A stretch of DNA of 64,000 nucleotides, taken from Ranitomeya imitator (taxonomy: Eukaryota). The notes below the pieces were generated by a model. That model saw only the letters and a list, made by a program, of their open reading frames with translations, was not told where the DNA came from and made no database searches. How positions within the stretch are numbered: the stretch's first letter is position 1; every line of letters starts with the position of its first letter. The stretch spans positions 42,470,001 through 42,534,000 of the forward strand of contig NC_091287.1 in the NCBI RefSeq assembly GCF_032444005.1, written 5' to 3'. The translations under genes and the position numbers were made by a program. Shown here one piece after another: positions 36,553 to 49,624 of this stretch.

Positions 36553-36735
36553 TAGATGCAATGAATACTTGACATCCTCCTAGAGCTATATATTAAGGTG
36601 ATCCTTATATTTGCGGTAAACTGCGCTCAGGATAATAAACGTGCACAAGCGAATTATAATGTTAAATTTTGATTGTTGGGTTTATAGATACATAGTTTTG
36701 TTTTTTTTTACCTTTCTTTATCTCATTGTCCTCAG

Positions 36736-36832
36736 TCTGTAAAACCTGCATCGTACGTTATCTAGAGGCAAGCAAATATTGTCCTATCTGTGATGTCCAG
36801 GTGCATAAGACTAGACCCTTGCTGAATATAAG
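36736..36832 (+). CDS. BMI1: BMI1 coding exon 2 ([32 protein letters not shown])
   Basis: 97 nt, AG/GT, RING C-terminal half. Confidence 0.98.
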
Positions 36833-37028
36833 GTAGGTATAATACTTGATTTTGAAGCCCCCTCTTTTCTCACCCACTCCATTGTCTACCTAGCACTGAA
36901 CTGTTTGATTGTGAGGACTCTTTTGTGTCGACTTTATCATGTAAATCATATAGCGATGGTTAAACTCCCGTTTTGATGAAGTGTCTTTGTCATGTGTCCA
37001 GCTATTTAGAATGTTTTCCTATTTTTAG

Positions 37029-37084
37029 GGCAGACAAAACACTGCAAGATATTGTATACAAGCTGGTACCAGGATTATTCAAAA
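37029..37084 (+). CDS. BMI1: BMI1 coding exon 3 (RADKTLQDIVYKLVPGLFK)
   Basis: 56 nt, AG/GT. Confidence 0.97.
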
Positions 37085-37168
37085 GTAGGTATTTAAATAT
37101 TGATTTATTGATGTCTTATTAATCCACACATAAACCAGACATATTTAAAATTACCGATATTTTTACAG

Positions 37169-37219
37169 ATGAAATGAAACGGAGAAGAGACTTTTATGCA
37201 GATCATCCTTCTGCAGATG
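37169..37219 (+). CDS. BMI1: BMI1 coding exon 4 (NEMKRRRDFYADHPSAD), NLS1
   Basis: 51 nt, AG/GT. Confidence 0.97.
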
Positions 37220-37770
37220 GTAAGAATCCACACATGATTTACTACAGTTATTACAGTTTCTGGGTTTTTTTCATCCTTGAAATCTTTTAAATGCTTATTT
37301 CTGGTTTGTAGTAGTTTCATTAGCAATTTCATGTTTGGTGCTGGTTCTGATACTATTAACTAATCTTCGATGTTTTTTTTTTTTAATTGCCCCCTCTGTA
37401 ACCGATCAGCAATGTGTGTAAAATATGTGCATTACAATACTTGCCTGTCGCTGTCTTCTGCGGTTTCCAGCGCCGCTCCGGTCCTCTCCAACGCTACAAG
37501 ACCATCACTGTCATTTGCCGACTCACACAACAAAATTCTTTGTGGACTGGAGGTCACTTTCTTAATGGAAGTCTGAATCTGGGGATGAGGAGGTCACATG
37601 ATGCACGAGAGGATCGGAGCAGCTCTGGAAACAGCAGAAGACAATGATCTGTACATACCCCTCTGGTTGGCAACAGAGTGGCCGATAAAATAAAAGCACC
37701 ACAGTGGCCCTTTAAGTCATTCAATTTTCCACTGGTCGGTCCGAACAATTCCTATCTTTTTTTTCTATAG

Positions 37771-37879
37771 TGACAAATGGCTCTAATGAAGACAGAGGAG
37801 AGGTTGCAGATGAGGACAAGAGGATCATCACAGACGATGAGATTATCAGTCTATCCATTGAGTTCTTTGATCAGAACAG
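37771..37879 (+). CDS. BMI1: BMI1 coding exon 5 ([36 protein letters not shown])
   Basis: 109 nt, AG/GT. Confidence 0.97.
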
Positions 37880-37962
37880 GTAACCGTCTAATGAAAAAAT
37901 GCCTAATTTCAGGCATTTTCTCATAAACTGGGTCATATAATCAAGTATATCTTTCCTAACAG

Positions 37963-38008
37963 GATTGATCGTAAAGGAAGTCGGGAAATAGAGAGATCAA
38001 AGGAAGAG
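37963..38008 (+). CDS. BMI1: BMI1 coding exon 6 (RIDRKGSREIERSKEE)
   Basis: 46 nt, AG/GT, restores phase 0. Confidence 0.93.
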
Positions 38009-38200
38009 GTATCGTCCATATGTGTATGTGTGTCTGATCCTCAGGCCATGAAGAGTAGGGCTGTGCTGGAGTTTCTATGTTAATTCTATGTTAATTAAGC
38101 TGTAGTTCTTTAGTAGAAAAAACGTGAGGCAAACTTTCTACTGATAATAAATTGGATAAATTACAGTGGAACTCAACTGCTCTAAACTTTCTCTTAAAAG

Positions 38201-38299
38201 GCTAATGATAAGAGGTATCTGCGCTGTCCTGCTGCCATGACTGTGATGCACCTACGGAAGTTTCTTAGAAGTAAAATGGATATACCTACTACGTTTCAG
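38201..38299 (+). CDS. BMI1: BMI1 coding exon 7 ([33 protein letters not shown]), RAWUL domain
   Basis: 99 nt, AG/GT. Confidence 0.97.
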
Positions 38300-38788
38300 G
38301 TAATGTCCCTATCCTTATTTTATTAACATTGTCAGGTCAGTAAAGCGTCGGACACCCTGTAACCCCCACCGATCGGTAGGGGTCAAACACACCCAGCTGC
38401 TGCCAGGTGTAGACAAACACGTGAAACGGGTCAGCTTTTTGCACTAGCAGCTGTGTCAGTCAAAGCTGTTCTGCAGTACCCGGCAGTGACCGCTGCACAG
38501 TGCTGCTCAGCTCCAAGTATTTACATCCAGCCGCCGCCTGCGCTTGTATCAGCTGATATGTTCCTTTTGTCGGAACACCCCACCTATCTGATATCTTTGG
38601 GTAGGTCATCAATATTTACTGATCGGACAACCACTTTGACTTAGAAAACACTTATGTCATAGATATCTGCTGGCATGCAATTATTTTTTTTTTTTTACAA
38701 CCAGTTTACATTGTGGTCAGTTCTATGAAGAATACATAAACCGTAAAGAGAACTTGGGTGACCATGTGAATTTGCATATTTCTCTTAG

Positions 38789-38869
38789 ATCGATGTCATG
38801 TATGAAGAGGAAGCCTTAAAAGACTATTACACATTAATGGACATCGCTTATATATACACCTGGAGAAGG
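38789..38869 (+). CDS. BMI1: BMI1 coding exon 8 ([27 protein letters not shown])
   Basis: 81 nt, AG/GT. Confidence 0.97.
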
Positions 38870-38943
38870 GTAAGCATCTGATATGTTTTAAGTGGGACTG
38901 TAAACATTGATGGACAGTTCTGATGGTTGTTTTCACTCTACAG

Positions 38944-39273
38944 AATGGACCTCTTCCTTTAAAGTACAGAGTGAGACCCACCTGCAAGAGAATGAAAATC
39001 AGCCACCCTAATGACAGAGTAAATAACATAAGCGGCGACCTGGAAAGTGACTCTGGCAGTGACAAAGCAGGAAGCCCGGCATGTGGAGTGGCTTCCACTT
39101 CCTCCTGCTTGCCAAGCCCCAAAACTCCAGTCCAGTCTCCACACCCACAATTCCCTCACATCTCCACCACCATAAATGGGACCAGCTCCACTCCTAACAA
39201 CCACCAGAATCCTTTCACCAACAGAGCAAGGAAAATGTCACTGAATGGATCAGCGGCCACTTCGTCTGGCTGA
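38944..39273 (+). CDS. BMI1: BMI1 last coding exon ([18 protein letters not shown]...DSGSDK...[16 protein letters not shown]); total CDS 981 nt = 326 aa
   Basis: NLS2 KRMK, DSGSDK degron-like motif, PEST region and RxRxxS site (S316 position) are retained. Length equals human BMI1. Confidence 0.97.
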   Translation, partial: NGPLPLKYRVRPTCKRMKISHPNDRVNNISGDLESDSGSDKAGSPACGVASTSSCLPSPKTPVQSPHPQFPHISTTINGTSSTPNNHQNPFTNRARKMSLNGSAATSSG

Positions 39274-40850
39274 AATGACTGCTTTTAGTTATTGAAAGAT
39301 ACAAAAGCCAGGATCTATAAACCTACTCATGCCATTACAAGCGTTGTAGATGCTAATACACGTGACTGTCCGAATTGCTTAATTTGTAGTTACAACTCCA
39401 AAGTGATGACTGCTGGAATTGACAGTGATTTTTTTTTTTTTTTCTACCTGGATATTTTCATGGCGAAAAAGACTGACAATTTGTCTACTCATATTGGATT
39501 ACAAGAAATATGAAAGCTATAAAATGGGGCTTGCTGGATATAACAAGAAATTTACCTATGTGGATATAACTTCAGCTGCATACATATGGTGAAGAGCCTG
39601 TTTTCATGGACTAAATATAACCTAATGGGATATTTTTGTGGCTTTTGGACATGGCAAATTTGTCCTGTTTTGTGCATTGGCTAGGTTGGATTAAACTCCT
39701 AAATTTTCGATTCTGAGGATTACTGAAATGTTTTTGATATATTGATGAGGGCTCCGGACTTCACTCCATTTTCTTTGGAATTGGCGTGTGACCTTGGGAT
39801 ATATAATTCTCTATGGACAAATTAAGCCACAATCTATCTTATTTTATTGGTGTTTTGTGGACTGTTAGAGTGCATTGTCATCTACTCAATCCAAGTGCTT
39901 TATCATCCTACCAAAAGGAAAATACATAGACTTCTTTTATGTAGCCATTTCACTGTGAATAGTGAATAATGTTGTTAGCTTTCATGATTTTTCTGGTCTC
40001 TATTTTGGCATTACTGTAAAGACCTGTTTGCTACCGGAATGAGAGGGATACCTGATTAGTTCATCCGGCATCAAATGGTTCATCTGTTTCTGCACAGAGT
40101 CGATCAAAACCTTAGACAGATGTATTTTTTTTCTTAAAATTTTTTCTTTTATTTTGGTCTAAAAAGCGGGTACTACCGTTTATTTTTCTGACTTGTTTAA
40201 GTGATTCGCTTTTGTAAGAATCAGTTGGCATTATGCTGGTTGTAAAATGCCACATTGGTATATATGACATAACAGGAAGACAGTATTGTATGATATATTT
40301 ATAAATACTATAAATGAAGATTTTGTTTCATGCACTCAGAAATGATTGGTAAAACTTCCCTCACTACATACAGTTACCCAGGTGCTTTATAGCACAGGTC
40401 GAAAAATCCCTGTAAAGCATAGAGGATTTTATTCTGCTCCTAAAGTCATGCAATAATGGTACTGCATTTGTTTGTTTTGATTTTTTTTTTAATAAATATA
40501 TTTCAAATAAAACCTAGGTGGGGAGGAATTCTGGTAATTTTACATAACATAATCTTCCCAATTTATGAAGCAGTGTCAAATTTGATTAGAAAAAGCAAGG
40601 TATCAGGAATTACTGCCCTTTTCCCCACTGTCATAATCTTGACTTATTTTACTTTTATTTTGTCCATGTGTATTTACAAATGTGTAAAGTTTGTTCTGAT
40701 AAAAAAAAAAAAAAAAGACAAAAAAAAATCAACCCACGTGGCTAATCATTTCATTATCTCCAGTCTGCAGAAGAAGCACAAATCTATTGCTTTGTCTTGC
40801 TTATAGTCATTAAATCATTACTTTTGCAAACCACTTGTCCGTTTTATTTT
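39274..40850 (+). other. BMI1: BMI1 3'UTR (end approximate); poly(A) signals AATAAA at 40491 and 40506, ATTAAA at 40809
   Basis: AT-rich and free of recognisable transposons; contains seed matches for known BMI1-regulating miRNAs. Confidence 0.7.
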
Positions 40851-41738
40851 CTACTTATTTCCATGTTTTATGCTGTATAGTGTGTTTTTGATTTATGGTG
40901 TATACATACAATGTTTTTGGTTGTGTGTGGTTTTTTTTTTCTTAAACAGCATGAAAAATGTCAAAAGGGTATATCATTAGGACCCTGAGGCCGACCAACT
41001 CAGCTTTCCCAACACATTGGATCGGTGAAAACTACAATTTAAAAAAATCTTACAAGCAGTCTGTCCCCATGTGGGTTCTTGGGATGCCAATTTCATACTG
41101 CAGTATTTTGCTCAGTATTGTGCGCTCATATTTGTAATGGTCAAGACAGGAATATAATCTATTTTGGAAAAGAAAAAATGTAAAATAAATAAAAATGTGC
41201 TTCTTTCCTGTAGAAAACCCATTCCTGGTTTTGGCTTTTAAAAACACTGATGCGATATATTGACCATCATATTGCAGTGTTAAAAGAGGTCAAGCTGTGA
41301 TCTGATCCTCATATCATGTGCTAGAAGGTGGCCTGTCGTAAGATGTGTTTTTTTTTTTTTTAAATTGCACCATGCAATGTTTCTCTGTCAGGTTATGGAC
41401 GCTGGAAATGTGCAACAGATCTGTCCGGACACGACAGAGAACCAGTCCTTATATACCATCATATTTGATGTAGAGGTCTAATTGTGGGGATTAGAGACCA
41501 TAGTACTGCACTTGTTGTATATTATACATGTGAGACAATAAATACAATACTCGGTTTCCAACCTGTCATCACAAAGGCTTTGATCCACTGTCAACTTACT
41601 ATCACTGTGAAATGTTCCAGATAAAAACTATAAGTTAAATGAGATTGTGGACCGTGAGATAGTATTGCATTGTTTCCCAATTCACAACCATCTTTGGGTA
41701 CCAGGATCTATGAAATGCCTGCCCCGCACAACAGGCAT

Positions 41739-41940
41739 TATATTATTATTATTATTATGTATTTATATAGCACCATTAATTCCATGGTGCTGTACATGAG
41801 AAAGGGGTTACATACAGGGTTATAGATATCCTTTACAGTGACAGACTGGTTCAGAGGGGAGAGGACCCTGTCCTTGCGGACTTACATTCTATGGGATAGT
41901 GAGGAAGAGACAGAAGGTAGGGGTGAGGCGGCGGCTCAGG
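41739..41940 (-). mobile_element. L2-type LINE 3' fragment with (AAT)n tail
   Basis: (ATT)n-TATATAGCACCATTAATTCCATGGTGCTGTACA...GAGAGGACCCTG family motif. Confidence 0.7.
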
Positions 41941-44796
41941 CATACCATATAATAGAAAAATGAAAATCCAGTGAAGGATGGGATTATTACCATGACAGTT
42001 AAGTAAATTGACTACTTTTGGATGATCTTCTCCATCACTGCTAGCCAGGAGGTTGCAGAACTAAGTGTGAGGACCAGGCCTGACAGGTGAACTGAGATCT
42101 CCTAGACAGAGAACCACTTCCAACCAGTTCTACCCTATGTCAATGATCCATTAAAAAAATATATATATTTTATTGTATTTGCTATGTATGGCATTCCATA
42201 GTTCCAAATACCAGGATACAATACTGTTGGCGAAAATTGACATTTTTTTTAAATTCCTTTTTATATTGTGAAAACGATGGTATTACAATGGCCCCCATGG
42301 GTGCTTTGCATTATCAACTTCCTGTGCCATAAACATATTGCTCTCTGTCCATTTGCTGTCCTTGAGGGTTGAATATCGGGTCCGGTAGATCCGACATCCC
42401 TAGAAATGTTTACCACGAGAAGTGCTTCCTGTTTCCGCTTGTCGCACCGAGCACTTGCTGCTGGTATACCCTATGTACTACAAGCGGATTTCCTCTCCAT
42501 AGCTGAGAGCTGCTGCGAGCTTCGCCTCTCCCTGCTCACGACACTACAATTCTAGCAGTCTGCTAATAGCTTTCTGCCGGCACCGGCAATTATTGCGATG
42601 CACAAACCATGGCTGTGCTCGGAGGGGTTGCCTCTCGTTACAGATTGTTTGTTTGCTCTTTTATCATGAGCACAGGGTGGCACAGCACCACGATGAGCTG
42701 ACATTGTGCACAGCATTCTCCATGCTTCATTCTTACAAATGTTTTCCACATCTACAGAGTGATGATCAACATTTCAGCTCAATGTTCGCACATGAGTAGA
42801 CGCCATACACAGACCCATCCTTCTGCTCTTATCCCCATCTCCATGAATCCGATAAAGGTAAATGTCATTGTTCCAACCCCCACAAAAGACCCAGAGATCG
42901 AGGGAAGGTGGCATAGTAACCGGCACGGTTCTTTATCAGGACACAGGTTTGACCGCTCTAGTATATAACAGATCGAAGATGTGGGTCGGATGAGAGTCAC
43001 AATCACATACATATATATATGTTCATTCTGCATTTTGTAACAATAACCCTGGTTCTTTGTGATTACTAAGACGTTTGGGAACGATGTTGCATTGTATGAT
43101 GCAGCATTTATGAGCATAGAAAAGAGGATACCTGTAATTTATTTAAAAGGGGGAAAGCAGCAAACGAGGGAGACAGGAGCTGGAGGTATTTCGCCGCACA
43201 AAGCAGTGTGTGTGTGTTTTGTGTGCAGGTTGTAGCGCTGCAGCAGCCATCTTGCGCCTGCGTACTGTGGCCAATTGTGCTGCTCCGACTTCCTATTCTG
43301 CTCTGTGTCCCGCCAAGAAAGAAAGCTGCTCGGTTACACGTAGCGCATAGAAAGCAATGGAGAATACACACGCACAAAGCTTTTAGCATCAGAAGCAACA
43401 AAGAGATGAGATGTCAGAGATGAGGACACAGCAGAGAGGAGACTGTCTCCGGGACATTCGTACATCCTACACCTGTAATGCTAGAAGTGAATAGGTCAGG
43501 GAGAATCGACAGCTCAGACTGCCACCTCTACCCATTTAGTGTACAGCCTGACTGCTTAGGTTATTGATTCTGTAAAGCATTGTGTGATTCTTATTGTATA
43601 TACACAGGTCTATCAGAACCAGAGAAAGAAGCATCAGAACTAAGAAGTCTTGGACGTCATTACTAAAGACAAGCAACTCACTTTATCTACAGCATTTCTA
43701 TCACTATTATAAATAAAAGTCACAATCAACTCCATGAATAATAAAGTACATATGATTATTCTGCATTTTCCTTGTTGTGTCTGTATATATCTGTGTATAA
43801 GCAGATGCACATCACAGGACAGAGTGCTAACCTGTGCAACAACAAAGACACCAATTTCTACAAGTAGATAGCAGGGAAAGCAAAACAAAATTGTCTAAGA
43901 TCACTCATAAACTAGGTATTCCAATGTGTTGTCCGATATGGTTATATGGCTACATCCATCTAGAGCTGAAAATCTTTTTCACATCACAGAAAATACAATG
44001 TGTAAATAATAATTTGGAATTATAAAACACAGTATGAAGGGGTTTATATAAAAGAGCTGACACACTGAACATGTACATACGCACAAGACATATGGCCACT
44101 GTATGTGGCGACAAGGTGCAATCTTTAGCACACCATCATGGTGATTTTTGGAGGATATTTTTCAAATACAATGACTAAGGCAGGCCGAGGATTGCACTAA
44201 AATCTTTTCTACAGAAACTAGTCAATCTGCCAGACACGTTTCTTATTTGAGTTCTCCTTTACAAAGTATATCAGACAAATGAGCTGTACCAGACTTTCCC
44301 CTCAACACATTGTATTTTATCTATGGAGGTTGTGTAAGAAATGTTTTAAATATTAAAAACTGAGATTAGACACGGATTGATAATGCTTAGAAATAAAAAT
44401 GTGTTTTTTTCAACATGACCCAATACGAGACATAGGCTGAACAGGCTAGAAGGCTAAAAGCTGTCACCTAGAGAAGAGGTTCTGCAACTCTCCATTTCTT
44501 GGATGTGAAACACAGCAGGTCTGGGCTTCCTTTCTATGGTTCACCTCCTTCCCCTACCTTTAACAAGCATCCCATATTTATCTTCATGTGTACATTATCT
44601 TTGGGGAAAAAAATCCGCAAATTAGATGAAAAGTTTTATGGTTGCAATTGGTGTATTAGAGGTATTGTAAGAAATTGCCGGGATTATGGTTAAAAACAAA
44701 ATGATTGTAGAGACATAAAAAAATCGCTGCAGATTTCAGAGTAATAAACACAGTTTGTTATACACCACTGCAATTATCATGAGTAAGAAAATAACG

Positions 44797-44799
<3 letters not shown>

Positions 44800-44872
<73 letters not shown>
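44800..44872. repeat. (TA)n microsatellite
   Basis: Direct observation. Confidence 0.95.
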
Positions 44873-44875
<3 letters not shown>

Positions 44876-46583
44876 TAGTGTAAATGTGGTCGGTGGGTGT
44901 TCAGTCTAGATACCGCCCCCAATGTAGTTACTTGGTCGGGGCTTGACAAAGGTCTTCGGACCGAAACGTTTCCGCAGGAGGCAGAATAAATATGTGAGCT
45001 GCTTTTCACTATCCGGTGTGGCGCTGTCCTTTTATTCAGTTTGGACCTCTCGTAATGTAGTCACTATGTGCAGTATAAAGCTTTCAGCTTTCAGAATGCA
45101 ATCCTTATATAGGGAACTTTTGAGTGAACATTATATGAGTCTCATCACTCTTTTTATCCTTTTTTTTTTTCACTTTAGCCAGAACAGTCAGTATCCTCCC
45201 TTCCCCCCAGGTCCTCCCCTTGTGTCTCTGGACCGTTCTCCCTGTAGTCTCCCATCACGTCCGCCTCTATAAGCCTGCCCACTACACCTTATGTAATTAC
45301 ATGACAGATTGATCGCACCTTTTGGTCAGTGACTACGTGTCATTTCCCTGTCCACATCGCGCTGAGGCGTCCCATCCCCCCACCCCCCATACTCTTCTTT
45401 TACACCGCTCGCCGCTGCCTAACGGTGCAGAATGTGAAGGGAAGCTCAGACACTGGGCCGTGCCACAGGGAATGATGGTGGCTCACAGTGGCCTCATGGA
45501 CAGATCGAGTTTCATTTTCACCAGTGCTGCCGTTGGCACAGAGGAGACGACCCGCTCACTGCACGCCAGTTGCACCGAATTCTACTTCATTCACTTTCTG
45601 AGCACGAATCGCTGCCCCACCCCCAATAATTTCCGTTGCAGTTGCCAGCAGCGGCTCCAGTGCCCAGTGCTGCTCAGCTGATTCCATGCGAAGAGCAACA
45701 TAGGTAGAATGATTCCGCCAACTCTTTAGCTTATATAGTACAAATCTGAGTCAGTAAAGTGACAAACAACTGCCCCATATGCTGCAACCACCCTCCGTTT
45801 CAGGGTATTATGACTTATTAAATATGGTATTATTATTATATAGCTTCCAAGACTCCTGATGAAAGTGGGTTCAGAATTAAACACCCGTTCACTATTGAAA
45901 GCATTGAGGTAGTTATACTTATGGGTGAGGAGCCATAGTATTGTAATAAAAGAGTGATTTGCACTGCTGCGCTAATTGCCTATTTTGGATCGGGATATAT
46001 ATTAAATGTGACACTGGTAAGACAAATGCAATGTGCAATGCCTACACAGCCTACACTAGATGCTATGCATAATTATATTAACTATTGTTAAGCGCTGATG
46101 TGCGTTATATTAGCTCCTATTTTCTCACTCTAGTAGTACAGTCAGGGCATCTGGAAAGGCTAGCGCATGCGCATGCGCTGAGCAGACGCCTTCAAAAGCA
46201 TCGCAACATCTCAACCCATTCTGAAGGTTTTCCGCTGCGCCCCAATATATGCCGCAGATTTCGATATCAGGCTATGGCGCTTTCTAGTGATCTCTACGTA
46301 AGGGCATTTTGGATTATAGCATCGTGACCTGATGCTTTGATAAAAAGGATAGGACCGCAGGTGCTATCAATTAAAAGGACGTTTGCAAATTGGAATGAAT
46401 AATAATTTCCCACTACCCCTCCGTGATGTCCATGCAGTCTCTATATAGCAAAGAACAGAGCTTATAGGAAACACCATAGAGTGCGATGACATCAATAAAT
46501 CAGCGGGACAAAGTCTATACAAAGCTTTACCATAAGTATAACATTTGTAAGCACTAAACAGGTCATTAGTTCTTTATACCTAC

Positions 46584-46966
46584 NNNNNNNNNNNNNNNNN
46601 NNNNNNNNNNNNNNNNNNNNNNNNNNNNNNNNNNNNNNNNNNNNNNNNNNNNNNNNNNNNNNNNNNNNNNNNNNNNNNNNNNNNNNNNNNNNNNNNNNNN
46701 NNNNNNNNNNNNNNNNNNNNNNNNNNNNNNNNNNNNNNNNNNNNNNNNNNNNNNNNNNNNNNNNNNNNNNNNNNNNNNNNNNNNNNNNNNNNNNNNNNNN
46801 NNNNNNNNNNNNNNNNNNNNNNNNNNNNNNNNNNNNNNNNNNNNNNNNNNNNNNNNNNNNNNNNNNNNNNNNNNNNNNNNNNNNNNNNNNNNNNNNNNNN
46901 NNNNNNNNNNNNNNNNNNNNNNNNNNNNNNNNNNNNNNNNNNNNNNNNNNNNNNNNNNNNNNNNNN
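46584..46966. other. Assembly gap (383 N)
   Basis: Run of N. Confidence 1.
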
Positions 46967-47109
46967 TGCCACACCCACTATGCGATAAAAACCCAGGAAT
47001 TATTTTTGTCAGGCTATATTGCTTGGTGTGCTGCCTTCATTTTGTTCTTTTTATCTGGATAGTTTGGTCTTTACCAGGGAGGCTCTGCATCCACATTATC
47101 CTGGTGATG

Positions 47110-47373
47110 NNNNNNNNNNNNNNNNNNNNNNNNNNNNNNNNNNNNNNNNNNNNNNNNNNNNNNNNNNNNNNNNNNNNNNNNNNNNNNNNNNNNNNNNNNN
47201 NNNNNNNNNNNNNNNNNNNNNNNNNNNNNNNNNNNNNNNNNNNNNNNNNNNNNNNNNNNNNNNNNNNNNNNNNNNNNNNNNNNNNNNNNNNNNNNNNNNN
47301 NNNNNNNNNNNNNNNNNNNNNNNNNNNNNNNNNNNNNNNNNNNNNNNNNNNNNNNNNNNNNNNNNNNNNNNNN
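47110..47373. other. Assembly gap (264 N)
   Basis: Run of N. Confidence 1.
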
Positions 47374-47824
47374 AAACGTAATGATTGTTAGGAGGTGAAA
47401 AATCCTGCAAGTTGCTGTTATCTAACCCCTCTTCATAGGCAGTTCCATCAATTTAACAAGCGGCAATACTCTACCACCCGCTAAATCTTTTGGATCTAAA
47501 AGCCTTATATTGTTTCATTTGCGGGGCGTTAAGCAAAGCAGCTGAAGCCTCAAGCTTTACCTTCACCAGACGTCTATAATCTAGATGCTTCACATCTAGT
47601 TACTGTATTTCTCTTTATGGCTATGTTCACTGTTCACACACAGAGGTCATACTGCGGTCTTACCACTTTTCTGTCCACACACACCGAATCTTGCTGGTGA
47701 AATATCCGGTTTTACTGCAAAGATTGCGTGAATGTGTAGGGAAAGCTGTAGCATGGTCGCTGCTTGTAAACACCGCCTATATCACAAAATATATAATCTA
47801 TCTATCTATATCACAAAATATATA

Positions 47825-47825
<1 letters not shown>

Positions 47826-47882
<57 letters not shown>
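47826..47882. repeat. (TCTA)n microsatellite
   Basis: Direct observation. Confidence 0.95.
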
Positions 47883-47883
<1 letters not shown>

Positions 47884-49562
47884 ATTGTACCTACCCTTCT
47901 TCATACCCTGGATATTATTAGTTTTTACCTATCACATCATGTGATTTCTCCAAGAGATGTAGAGGGCGTATATTATGCATAGATCCTTTTCTATCAGCGC
48001 CTCTGACAGCGCCGAATTTAATTAGAAAAGACAAAAGATGTTGACTGTGAACTTGGTGTTGTTTCTCTAGACTGACTGGTCAGGACTCTCAGAGTAGGGG
48101 GGCACTGAGTCCTCTACTGTTTCCTGCCGCTCATCCAGAGGTGCCGAACATAATGCTCACCCACTTTGTCGGTCTTCTCTGTTAAATTCACATATTAATG
48201 GTACAGATGAGTCGCAAGAGAAAATCAAAAGTTCTCGCCCTCTTCCCACCTGTTTTGCACACTGTACGGAATATAGTGTGCAAAGGCAGAGACCAGAGGA
48301 AACCCAATAAAAAAACCTTCTTCCAGCAGACAAATACTTTCACATAAGTCAGCTGTATACATGGAGCACTTATCTTCAGACAGATCAATGTAAAGTTTGT
48401 GCATATCGTTATGTCGATTTATGTAACGATAGCTCTATATTTATTTCCTTATTTATTTATTTAATTAATTAATTAAAACTCCTTTCCTGAAGACCATTTT
48501 CTAATAATATTACTGTTCCTTTGCAACTAATATAATTATGTTTAGTGGTTGATGGCATATCCTGTGATCTCCTTTTACTCATATAGTTATCCCAGTACCC
48601 AGAAACCTGCTACAGTACTTCCCATTTGTATTATGATTATAATCACATTTTAGACAATTAAATTTCCTTTCATACATTCCAGTATCGGATATTTGTCATG
48701 CTTGTAACGATATGAAATTCCCCTATTTAACACTTTCTTCATATTTGTTTGCTTTTAATATGTTGGTGCTTTGGATGATAAAGGGTTAAATCGGATTTCA
48801 CCCCCACCTAAAGTGTTATCCAGCGAGCATGTGATTGTCAAGGCCTCTCAGTCGCCTGTCTTACATACCCTCATCCCCCCTGCCTTTCCATGATTGTTGG
48901 CCCTCCAGAACTCCTTATTGCCCCCCGTGCCTGTGTCAGTGCTATGTAGCAGTAGATGGATTTCAGTAATGAGCCATTCTTTACTTTCCACCCTGAGCTC
49001 CCTCCCTCTGCCGGTCTGTCTTATCCCAAGGAAGCTTGTGTCGCACCAGCACACGGGATTGTTTGCAGTCGGGTTACTGGTGAACTATATACTTTATATC
49101 ACGGAGAGGTTGATTTACTCTTTCCTTAACTCATATGTTTAGTGGGGCTCCTTCTGTCATCTGTCTTCTAATAAATGTACTTAGCTAGTGAAGAGATCTG
49201 CAGAAAACGATTAACTCAATTACTGCCTGAGACAAAATCTATAGCGACTACCGAAATTATAACAACAATAAAAACAACAAACACTCAGAAACAGTGCTAT
49301 GACATTATCAGCATGACTATAATAGGTACAGCTTGGATAAATTAACCTCAGTTAGTATATGTAAGTTTTTTTATGGCCACAGTCAAGCTTTTCTAGATAC
49401 AGCTTCCTAGCAATGATAACAATTACATATTCACATAGCAATATAATGTAATAATCAGTTTGGTAAAAAAAAAAGGTCTGCATTAAAGGTATTAGATAAA
49501 GATCAAAATGTAGCAGTTTATTCTCACACTCTGGTTGTGCACATAAACTACCAGACATTAGA

Positions 49563-49565
<3 letters not shown>

Positions 49566-49623
<58 letters not shown>
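49566..49623. repeat. (AAT)n microsatellite
   Basis: Direct observation. Confidence 0.95.

Positions 49624-49624
<1 letters not shown>

Noticed and set aside
45856-45900. CTGATGA...GAAA as a hammerhead
   Set aside because: Stem II pairs poorly, there is no stem III or UH site, and the region is low quality.
46492-47410. ORFs of X residues
   Set aside because: Artefacts of N gaps.
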